A program made the position numbers and the translations under genes. The notes beneath the pieces are model-generated. The model made no database searches. It saw nothing but the letters and a program-made list of their open reading frames with translations, and was not told the DNA's origin. Of a stretch of 64,000 bases of DNA, positions 18,927 to 26,632 are shown piece by piece. The DNA is from a virus. Lineage: Duplodnaviria; Caudoviricetes. Location: positions 3,857 through 67,856 of the IMG/VR virus record IMGVR_UViG_2799112568_000001, one strand, 5' to 3'. Every line of letters starts with the position of its first letter. Position 1 is the first letter of the stretch.

Positions 18927-20392
18927 TGAACACCTCCCAACAACAATTCATCCATTATTTCCTTCTTATCTTTCTCTGCATCGTTAAACGGCAGGAAATA
19001 GAAATAATACGAGTGCATACCAAGATTCAGTTCCGACACTTTCTTCTCGATGTATGGAATCGCGGCCTTAATATCAGACAACATCTTATCAGAGGCCAAT
19101 GCCCTAAAGGTGTCATTATCGTCAGCGATAACATCCAATGAGTACCCAATAAAAACACCAAAGGCCATATCCGGATCGCTTTGTCGTTGTTTGCTCGGAA
19201 CGAGGATTTGTCTTAAACGCTCTGTAGTCTCCTGATCGTAGGTATGGTTGAAAAGTGTACTATCAACCATCTGGCGCTCTCTTGTCCGCCCGCTTTTAAT
19301 AGCCGATAAAGCCTCGAACGCACAATCGATAGCGTCTTCTATCTTTCCGGTAATGCTGGATGTGCCAAATACAAGTTGATAGCTGATTACTCCATTAACC
19401 TTCCTTTTCAGAAGGTGAACACAATCACTTTTACTTTTGAACTGACTTGCACCAGTTGTTATTTCGACCTTGCTAAGCAGTTTTGGAGCGTGAAGGCTGC
19501 CTTCCATAAAAGTAAACAGGAGCATTTCACCCAGCTCATTGCCTGTCCCTTTTTCATCCGGTTTGCCATTTGCCTTCATCAAGCGCAGGGCTTTCGCCCC
19601 AATGCTCCGAGCTTTTTTCTTGTCCTCAAACTCCTTTAGCTTCGTTCGAGAATAAACATACATGCCAACACTATCAAAGAGGTATTCATTAAGCGCCATG
19701 TAGTCGAACGCTGAATCGGATATGTCTAAATAATAGAGGCTGATGCCGCTTTTATTCTTCAGCGATAAGGCTTCTCCGTGATCCACTTCACGGAATACAG
19801 CTTCAAAATCCTCATCGGCAAGAGTTCTTTCAAGCTCCTGTGTCTCGATAAAAACGGTTTCTTCAATGGCTATATTGCCTTTGTTTTTCTCAAAACCATT
19901 AACATAGTCTTCCGTGACCAGATTTATGGTTTCCTTGCCAGCTTTGTTTTCTATTCCTGTTGCCACAAAGGAAAATACGTCAGCAAAGAAATCTGCTGGA
20001 TTAAATGAAACCTTCAATACGAGATCTGCTCTACTTAGTCTCCCTATCTTAGCCTCATTGGATGAGACCGTAGATAAGGCCAAGTCCTGCAGCGTCAGGA
20101 TCGCAAGAGGAATCTTATCGGGATCAATCAACGGAATAACGTATTTCTCCATAGCTTGCGATAGGGCAAGCATGCTCATCTTCTGCATAGGTTCAACAAC
20201 ATCAACTGGAGAAAGATTGTAGTCGCATGAAAGCAAATGACTCACAGTGCTGTCATCAGACTCTAAAATACCGCCGTAATACTCATCGAGCGATTTTACA
20301 ACGGCACCACAGAGGGTCTTGTTATAGACTTTGGGCTTAGCGCAGATTTTAAGTACTTTTATAAGCGCCGCAAAACACAGCGTCATAGACAA
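18923..20392 (-). CDS. hamA: Hachiman HamA (DUF1837-like) with a long N-terminal extension
   Basis: C-terminal ~290 aa has GELGE-like ELGEMLLFTFME...APKLLSKVEI...SDCVH...LVFG...YFLPFND; directly coupled to a HamB-type helicase. Confidence 0.78.
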   Translation of the reverse strand: MSMTLCFAALIKVLKICAKPKVYNKTLCGAVVKSLDEYYGGILESDDSTVSHLLSCDYNLSPVDVVEPMQKMSMLALSQAMEKYVIPLIDPDKIPLAILTLQDLALSTVSSNEAKIGRLSRADLVLKVSFNPADFFADVFSFVATGIENKAGKETINLVTEDYVNGFEKNKGNIAIEETVFIETQELERTLADEDFEAVFREVDHGEALSLKNKSGISLYYLDISDSAFDYMALNEYLFDSVGMYVYSRTKLKEFEDKKKARSIGAKALRLMKANGKPDEKGTGNELGEMLLFTFMEGSLHAPKLLSKVEITTGASQFKSKSDCVHLLKRKVNGVISYQLVFGTSSITGKIEDAIDCAFEALSAIKSGRTRERQMVDSTLFNHTYDQETTERLRQILVPSKQRQSDPDMAFGVFIGYSLDVIADDNDTFRALASDKMLSDIKAAIPYIEKKVSELNLGMHSYYFYFLPFNDAEKDKKEIMDELLLGGVH

Positions 20393-20407
20393 GCCCTCCT
20401 TTCTTTG

Positions 20408-20617
20408 TTACTCATCATCCTTTACAAAGTCCACAAGGTCACCAATATTACAATCTAATACCTCGCAGATCCTGCCAAGCACATCCATGCTTACGGCTTC
20501 ACCTCTTCCCATTTTTGCAATTGTGGAAGAGGTGATTTTTGTTTTTGCCATAAGGTCTTTCTTCATCATGTTTTTATCAATCAATAGTTTCCAGAGCTTG
20601 TTATAGCTGTATGTCAT
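20408..20617 (-). CDS. Cro/CI (XRE) family helix-turn-helix regulator
   Basis: SYNKLWKLLIDKNMMKKDL...SSTIAKMGRGEAVSMDVLGRICEVLDCNIGDLV. Confidence 0.9.
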   Translation of the reverse strand: MTYSYNKLWKLLIDKNMMKKDLMAKTKITSSTIAKMGRGEAVSMDVLGRICEVLDCNIGDLVDFVKDDE

Positions 20618-20689
20618 GGCAGCTCCTCCTTACACCCGTATTTGCCAGAATATCACATACGGCGACCGTCGATAGTTAGAGATGTACAT

Positions 20690-20718
20690 ATTATATCACA
20701 AACCTTCACATTTTTCAA
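20690..20718 (-). promoter_or_regulatory. Near-consensus sigma-A promoter for the leftward HTH-hamAB operon
   Basis: Minus strand TTGAAA-17 nt-TATAAT with an extended -10 TG. Confidence 0.75.
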
Positions 20719-21078
20719 TCCCGCATTTGTATTTTATGTGTTTCAACTTCGTGAACTCAAAGTTTTCTATTTTTCTGTAACCTGTCCAAGTTTCTTCCAA
20801 GTCTCCTACAAGTCGGCTCCATGTAGATTGGAGCCGTTTTTTCTTAAAATCAAGATGTGAGTTAAAGCTCACGCCCTCAAGCGATACATCCGCTGGCCCC
20901 GGATGATCCAGTGTCGCCTGACGGGACAAGTAAATACGAACAGCTGCCTACTGGATAAGGAAGCTGCAGACCCGAACGGAGAAAACCTCCGTCAGGACTG
21001 CGGTTAGGTTTCTATTGCCTTTTTGCAGCTGACCTTGAAGTTTCCTCCGTTCCCAGACAAACGACGGAGGAAATTTTA

Positions 21079-21582
21079 ATGTCAAACGAAGCAAAGAAAT
21101 ACTACATCCCGGTCGACGGGACCCTTGTTGAAGTGAGCGAGGAAGTCTACCGCACTTACTACCAGCCCATCTGGGCAGCACGCTATCATGCGCAAAAGAA
21201 CGGCGAATGCACCTGCACCAAGGCTCAGCTTTGGAAATGCGACGGTGTATGTCCCGGCTGCCCCTTCTATGCTGCAGGCCGCAAGGTCTCTACCTCAACC
21301 GTCATCGGCGGCGAGAACGACGAACTCACCCTTGAGGACACGCTCGTCGACGATGCACCTTCTACCGAGTCCATCCTTATGGATGCGGAACTCCTCAAGG
21401 CGCTTTATGCGGAGCTCGACCGTCTTGATCCCGAAGGCAAACGCATCTGCGAACTGTTTATGCAGGGTCATTCGGAACGCGAGGCAGCTGACCTGATGGG
21501 GATGGCACGTTCGACCTTCAAGCGCCATTGGGCGAAGATCCAGTCGGAGCTTTATGAAAGCCTGAAGGAATTCTACTTCTAA
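21079..21582 (+). CDS. Phage sigma-70 region-4-like transcriptional regulator
   Basis: C-terminal HTH (LDRLDPEGKRICELFMQGHSEREAADLMGMARSTF), Cys cluster CxCxxxxxxxCxGxCxGC; first gene of the rightward replication operon. Confidence 0.8.
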   Translation: MSNEAKKYYIPVDGTLVEVSEEVYRTYYQPIWAARYHAQKNGECTCTKAQLWKCDGVCPGCPFYAAGRKVSTSTVIGGENDELTLEDTLVDDAPSTESILMDAELLKALYAELDRLDPEGKRICELFMQGHSEREAADLMGMARSTFKRHWAKIQSELYESLKEFYF

Positions 21583-21645
21583 TTCAACATGGCCGCCGTG
21601 GGAGAAAAGGCCTCCTGCGGCGGTCAAAAACTTTTTTCAAAAAAA

Positions 21646-21685
21646 AGCGGACCACTTTGGCCATTTCCCTCCAGTGGGTAGTGAG
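21646..21685 (+). repeat. 40-bp exact repeat, copy 1 (upstream of the replication genes)
   Basis: AGCGGACCACTTTGGCCATTTCCCTCCAGTGGGTAGTGAG, identical to 56325-56364. Confidence 0.95.
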
Positions 21686-21726
21686 GAAGGCAAAAACACA
21701 TCGCCCCTCAGAAAGGAGGAACCGCC

Positions 21727-21939
21727 ATGAACGAGTCCGCGAAAGTCAATCAGGCCGTAGCCGATGAAGAGCTCATCGGTGTGCTTACGGCAATCAGCGT
21801 AGTGTCAAAGCGTCTGGCAAGGAAGTTGATCCAGCAGAGCCAGACAAGCAAATCTCAGGAAGGAGGAAACGGTAATGAGCAAAATGAGCGAACTGGATGC
21901 GACCATCAGAGAGTTACGGGATATTGCATCTTCTATTAA
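21727..21939 (+). CDS. Small hypothetical phage protein
   Basis: RBS AGGAGG; first ORF after the 40-bp repeat. Confidence 0.55.
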   Translation: MNESAKVNQAVADEELIGVLTAISVVSKRLARKLIQQSQTSKSQEGGNGNEQNERTGCDHQRVTGYCIFY

Positions 21940-22192
21940 CTCCATCGCCAACTGGCTGACCGGCGCATTTAGCGGCAACAGTGACACCGAGGACGCAGCT
22001 CCCGTCGAGGCGACGGAACCGGCTCTCACGCTTGAACAGGTCCGTGCGATTCTGGCTGAAAAGTCCCGCAGCGGTTTTACCGCTCAGGTCCGCGATCTTC
22101 TCCTGAAGTACGGTGCCAAGAAGCTCTCCGAGATCGACCCGGAAAACTACAAGGCGCTGGTGGCCGATGCGGAGGTGCTCGGAAATGGGTAA
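21875..22192 (+). CDS. Conserved phage replication-module protein
   Basis: RBS GGAGG; C-terminal LTLEQVRAILAEKSRSGFTAQVRDLLLKYGAKKLSEIDPENY; coupled to the next gene. Confidence 0.75.
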   Translation: MSKMSELDATIRELRDIASSINSIANWLTGAFSGNSDTEDAAPVEATEPALTLEQVRAILAEKSRSGFTAQVRDLLLKYGAKKLSEIDPENYKALVADAEVLGNG

Positions 22193-23309
22193 TCACGCAC
22201 TGCTTTCCGCAAGCTCCTCGCACCGCTGGCTGAACTGCCCTCCCTCCGCAAGACTCTGCGAAGGCTACGACGACAAAGGCAGCGATTTCGCAGCCGAGGG
22301 TACCGACGCTCATGCGCTCTGCGAATACAAGCTGCGCAAGGCTCTGGGCATGGAGGCCGAGGACCCGACCGAGAACCTCACTTGGTACAACACCGAGATG
22401 GAAGATTGCGCATCCGGTTATGTGGCCTTCGTGCTGGAGCTCATCGAAGAGGCCAAGAAGACCTGCGCCGACCCTGTGATCCTGATCGAGCAGCGGCTTG
22501 ACTACTCCAAGTATGTCAAGGACGGCTTCGGCACCGGCGACTGCGTCATCATCGCAGACGGAACGCTGAACATCGTCGACTACAAGCACGGTCGCGGCGT
22601 ACTGGTCGAAGCAGAAGAAAATCCGCAGATGAAGCTGTACGCCCTCGGCGCTCTGGAGCTGTTCGACGACATCTACGACATCGACACCGTCAGCATGACC
22701 ATCTACCAACCGCGCAGATCAAATGTCAGCACCTTCACCATTCCGAAGGATGAACTCTATGAATGGGCCGAGCAGGTCTTGGCACCGACAGCAGAGCTCG
22801 CCTTTGAAGGCAGCGGTGATTATCACTGCGGCGAATGGTGTCAGTTCTGCAAGGCAAAAGCCGACTGCCGGGAACGCGCAAAGGCCAACATGGAGCTCGC
22901 ACGATTCGAGTTCCGGCAACCGCCTCTGTTGTCCGACGAAGAGGTCGAGGAAGTTCTCCGCAAGGTGGACGACCTGATTTCTTGGGCATCGGACATCAAG
23001 GACTACGCGCTGCAGGCGGCCATCAGCGGCAAACACTGGTCCGGCTACAAGCTGGTCGAAGGCCGCTCCAACCGCAAGTACACAGACGAGAATGCCGTCA
23101 TCGCAGCTGTTTCCGCTGCCGGGTATGACCCCTATGAACACAAGGTTCTCGGCGTAACAGCTATGACCACGCTTCTCGGAAAGAAGCAATTCAACGACAT
23201 CCTTGGAGGCCTCATCACGAAGCCTCAAGGCAAACCGACGCTGGTGCCGGACAGCGATAAGAGACCGGCAATGACAACCATTACTGATGATTTTAAGGAG
23301 GACAACTAA
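22185..23309 (+). CDS. DUF2800-like PD-(D/E)xK (Cas4-like) exonuclease
   Basis: HALLSASSSHRWLNCP, EGTDAH, FGTGDC...IVDYKHG, QMKLYALGA, GEWCQFC. Confidence 0.85.
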   Translation: MGNHALLSASSSHRWLNCPPSARLCEGYDDKGSDFAAEGTDAHALCEYKLRKALGMEAEDPTENLTWYNTEMEDCASGYVAFVLELIEEAKKTCADPVILIEQRLDYSKYVKDGFGTGDCVIIADGTLNIVDYKHGRGVLVEAEENPQMKLYALGALELFDDIYDIDTVSMTIYQPRRSNVSTFTIPKDELYEWAEQVLAPTAELAFEGSGDYHCGEWCQFCKAKADCRERAKANMELARFEFRQPPLLSDEEVEEVLRKVDDLISWASDIKDYALQAAISGKHWSGYKLVEGRSNRKYTDENAVIAAVSAAGYDPYEHKVLGVTAMTTLLGKKQFNDILGGLITKPQGKPTLVPDSDKRPAMTTITDDFKEDN

Positions 23310-23882
23310 ATGTCAAACACTACTAAACTCGCAAGCCCCATGAAGGTTATTACTGGCAAGGACACTCGCTGGTCCTACGCCAATGTCTGGGAAGCAAAGT
23401 CTATCAACGGCGGCACTCCCAAGTTCTCTGTATCCCTTATCATCCCGAAAGCCGACACCGCGACCGTTCAGAAGGTCAAGGCTGCAATCCAGGCCGCCTA
23501 TGAAGAGGGTCAGGCCAAGCTCAAGGGCAATGGTCGCACGGTACCGCCTCTGTCTGCCATCAAAACGCCTCTGCGCGACGGTGACACCGAGCGCCCTGAT
23601 GATCCGGCCTATGCTGGCTGCTACTTCATCAACGCCAACTCCGCGACGGCTCCCGGTATCGTCGATGCCGACTGTAACCCGATTCTGTCCCGCTCCGAAG
23701 TTTACTCCGGCGTGTACGGCAGAGCCAGCATCAACTTCTACGCCTTCAACTCGAACGGAAATAAGGGCATTGCCTGCGGCCTGAACAATCTTCAGAAGAT
23801 CCGCGACGGCGAACCCCTCGGCGGCAAGGCAAGCGCTGCGTCCGACTTCTCGACCGACGCAGATGAAGACTTCTTGTCTTAA
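23310..23882 (+). CDS. DUF2815-like single-stranded DNA-binding protein (T7 gp2.5 type)
   Basis: RWSYANVWE, PKFSVSLIIPK, LRDGD, YSGVYGRASINFYAF, acidic C-terminus DADEDFLS. Confidence 0.85.
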   Translation: MSNTTKLASPMKVITGKDTRWSYANVWEAKSINGGTPKFSVSLIIPKADTATVQKVKAAIQAAYEEGQAKLKGNGRTVPPLSAIKTPLRDGDTERPDDPAYAGCYFINANSATAPGIVDADCNPILSRSEVYSGVYGRASINFYAFNSNGNKGIACGLNNLQKIRDGEPLGGKASAASDFSTDADEDFLS

Positions 23883-23894
23883 GGAGGTGCCGAT

Positions 23895-24146
23895 ATGGAA
23901 AACATCACCGGAATTCTCTGCATCCTGCTCCTGTCCCTGTGGCTCCTTCTGGCACTGTTCTGGATCGTCAGGTCCATCATCGACGCTGTTGAGGAACACA
24001 AGCGTGAAAAGCGCAACGCAGCCCTTGATGCTGAACGTGAACAGCGTAATGCAAAATGGGAAGCCGAGCGCCAGCAGATTGAGCGTGACCGTGCCATCCG
24101 TGAGGTGGAATACCACGAAGCCCGCATGAAGCAGCTTAACGAATAA
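23895..24146 (+). CDS. Small membrane-anchored coiled-coil protein
   Basis: RBS AAGGAGG; hydrophobic residues ~5-27 followed by an E/R-rich helix. Confidence 0.65.
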   Translation: MENITGILCILLLSLWLLLALFWIVRSIIDAVEEHKREKRNAALDAEREQRNAKWEAERQQIERDRAIREVEYHEARMKQLNE

Positions 24147-24213
24147 CCGTAACGGCCTACGGGTGGCGGGAGTCATCTCGTCACCCGGTCAGGCTATGAG
24201 AAGGACAATGTGT

Positions 24214-26196
24214 ATGAAAACTTTGAGTATCGATATTGAAACATACAGCAGCGTGGATCTGGCCAAGTGCGGTGTCTACAAATACACCGAAGCACCGGAC
24301 TTTGAAATTCTGCTGTTCGGTTACTCCGTAGACGGAAGCAGCGTCCGGACAGTCGATCTTGCCTGTGGCGAAACCTTACCGCCGGAGGTTATTGCGGCCC
24401 TGATCGATGACCGCATCATCAAATGGGCTTTCAACGCACAATTTGAACGCATCTGCCTATCCCGTTGGCTCCGTGATCACGACGCATTCGATAACACCGG
24501 CTACAGCATCCCAGAGGATACCGTCGGGGACTATCTTGATCCGGCTTCTTGGCGCTGCACGATGATCTGGTCGGCGTATATGGGATTGCCTTTATCACTT
24601 GAAGGCGTCGGCGCTGTTCTCGGCCTCGAAAGGCAGAAACTGACTGAAGGAAAAGACCTCATCAAATACTTCTGCCAGCCTTGCGCTCCTACGAAGACGA
24701 ACGGTGGCCGCACCCGCAATCTGCCTGCAAACGCTCCGGACAAGTGGGAGGCATTCAAAACCTACAACATTCGGGACGTGGATGTGGAGATGTCCATTCA
24801 GGAAAAGCTGCGTAAGTTCCCGGTTCCGGACAGCGTCTGGGACGAATACCACCTCGATCAGGAAATCAACGACAGAGGCGTTTCCCTCGACATGGCGCTT
24901 GTCCGTGCCGCCATCGAAATGGACACCCGGTCCCGCTCAGAGCTGACCGCTGCCATGAAAAAGCTCACCGCGCTGGATAATCCGAACTCGGTGCAGCAGA
25001 TGAAGCAGTGGCTTTCGGATAACGGTCTGGAGGTGGATTCCCTCGGAAAGAAGGAAGTCGCCGAGATGATTAAAACCGCTCCGGCTGAGCTGCAGAAGGT
25101 GCTTCTTCTCCGACAGCAGCTCGCAAAATCGTCGGTGAAGAAGTATCAGGCGATGGAAAAGGCGGTCTGCGCTGATGGTCGAGCCAGAGGCATGTTTCAG
25201 TTCTATGGTGCCAACCGCACAGGCCGCTGGGCAGGCCGACTCATCCAGATGCAAAACCTGCCACAGAACCACCTGTCAGATTTGGAACAGGCACGTGGGC
25301 TTGTCCGCGCCGGTAACTTTGATGCCGTGGAACTTCTCTATGAAGATGTTCCGGATACGCTCTCGCAGCTGATCCGTACCGCATTCGTACCGAAGGCCGG
25401 ATACAAGTTCATCGTTTCCGACTTCTCTGCAATCGAAGCCAGAGTTCTGGCTTGGTTTGCCGGTGAAGCATGGCGTCAGGAGGTCTTTGAAAAAGGCGAC
25501 GATATCTACTGCGCCTCTGCCTCACAGATGTTCAAGGTGCCGGTGGAAAAGCACGGCATCAATGGCCACCTCCGGCAGAAAGGCAAAATCGCGGAATTGG
25601 CGCTCGGCTACGGAGGGTCCGTAGGTGCGCTCAAAGCGATGGGAGCACTGGAAATGGGCCTGCAGGAAGGCGAGCTTCAGCCGCTGGTCACCGCATGGCG
25701 AAACTCGAATCAGAACATCGTCCGCTTCTGGTGGGACATAGACCGGGCCGCCATGAATGCCCTGAAATACCGTACCGAGGAGTATGTCGGTGACATCCAC
25801 TTCGTCTATCAGAGCGGCATGCTTTTTATCACGCTCCCGTCCGGAAGAAGGCTGTCCTATGTAAAGCCGAAACTCGGTGTAAATCAGTTCGGCGGCGAAT
25901 GCATCACCTACGAAGGCGTCGGCAGCACAAAGAAATGGGAGCGGCTTGATACCTACGGTCCGAAACTCGTCGAGAACATTGTTCAGGCAACTTCCCGCGA
26001 CATTCTGTGCTATGCCATGCGGACGCTCAGCCACTGCTTTATTACGATGCACATCCACGATGAGCTGGTCATTGAAGCCAGTCCGAAGGTCAGCCTTTCT
26101 GTCCTCTGTGAGCAGATGGGCCGGACGCCACCGTGGGCAAGCGGCCTGAAGCTCCGAGCCGATGGCTACGAGACCATGTTCTACAAAAAAGACTAA
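24214..26196 (+). CDS. Family A DNA polymerase with 3'-5' exonuclease domain
   Basis: SIDIETYS (ExoI), SDFSAIEARVLAW (motif A), RQKGKIAELALGY (motif B, Leu at the 762-equivalent position, typical of temperate phage PolA), HIHDE (motif C). Confidence 0.93.
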   Translation: MKTLSIDIETYSSVDLAKCGVYKYTEAPDFEILLFGYSVDGSSVRTVDLACGETLPPEVIAALIDDRIIKWAFNAQFERICLSRWLRDHDAFDNTGYSIPEDTVGDYLDPASWRCTMIWSAYMGLPLSLEGVGAVLGLERQKLTEGKDLIKYFCQPCAPTKTNGGRTRNLPANAPDKWEAFKTYNIRDVDVEMSIQEKLRKFPVPDSVWDEYHLDQEINDRGVSLDMALVRAAIEMDTRSRSELTAAMKKLTALDNPNSVQQMKQWLSDNGLEVDSLGKKEVAEMIKTAPAELQKVLLLRQQLAKSSVKKYQAMEKAVCADGRARGMFQFYGANRTGRWAGRLIQMQNLPQNHLSDLEQARGLVRAGNFDAVELLYEDVPDTLSQLIRTAFVPKAGYKFIVSDFSAIEARVLAWFAGEAWRQEVFEKGDDIYCASASQMFKVPVEKHGINGHLRQKGKIAELALGYGGSVGALKAMGALEMGLQEGELQPLVTAWRNSNQNIVRFWWDIDRAAMNALKYRTEEYVGDIHFVYQSGMLFITLPSGRRLSYVKPKLGVNQFGGECITYEGVGSTKKWERLDTYGPKLVENIVQATSRDILCYAMRTLSHCFITMHIHDELVIEASPKVSLSVLCEQMGRTPPWASGLKLRADGYETMFYKKD

Positions 26197-26209
26197 TTGG
26201 AGGTGCCTT

Positions 26210-26632
26210 ATGGCTGAATACAAAAACGCAGAAGGCTATGCGGACCCTACCGCATTCGGTGCCTTCTGTGCCATAGAAAAAGAAGAAAAAGCGCTCCGAG
26301 CATTCAGGCCAATCGTGTATATCTGCAGCCCATATGCCGGAGACATAGAAAACAACACCGCAGCTGCAAGGCGTTACAGCCGGTATGCTGTGGAGTCCGG
26401 ATACATCCCAATTGCACCACACCTGCTGTTCCCGCAGTTCCTTGATGACCACAATCCCAAAGAACGCGAGCTCGGTTTATTCTTCGGCAATGCCATCATG
26501 AGCAAATGCGCCGAGGTGTGGGTGTTTGGAGAGCGCATCTCCGATGGGATGGACGCGGAAATCAAACGTGCCACTTGGAAAGGCCACCGAATCCGCTACT
26601 TCAGCGAGAACTGCGAGGAGGTTACAAGATGA
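26210..26632 (+). CDS. Nucleoside 2-deoxyribosyltransferase-like (DUF4406-type) phage protein
   Basis: VYICSPYAGD, PIAPHL, C.EVWVFG...S.GM..EI. Confidence 0.7.
   Translation: MAEYKNAEGYADPTAFGAFCAIEKEEKALRAFRPIVYICSPYAGDIENNTAAARRYSRYAVESGYIPIAPHLLFPQFLDDHNPKERELGLFFGNAIMSKCAEVWVFGERISDGMDAEIKRATWKGHRIRYFSENCEEVTR

Noticed and set aside
20696-21181. ORFs 20696-20929 and 20948-21181 on the minus strand
   Set aside because: They overlap the promoter, leader RNA and sigma-like gene, with no coding signal.
22185-23309. Cas4-like nuclease as a CRISPR component
   Set aside because: It is the standard DUF2800-type recombination nuclease beside SSB and PolA; no cas1/cas2 or array is present.
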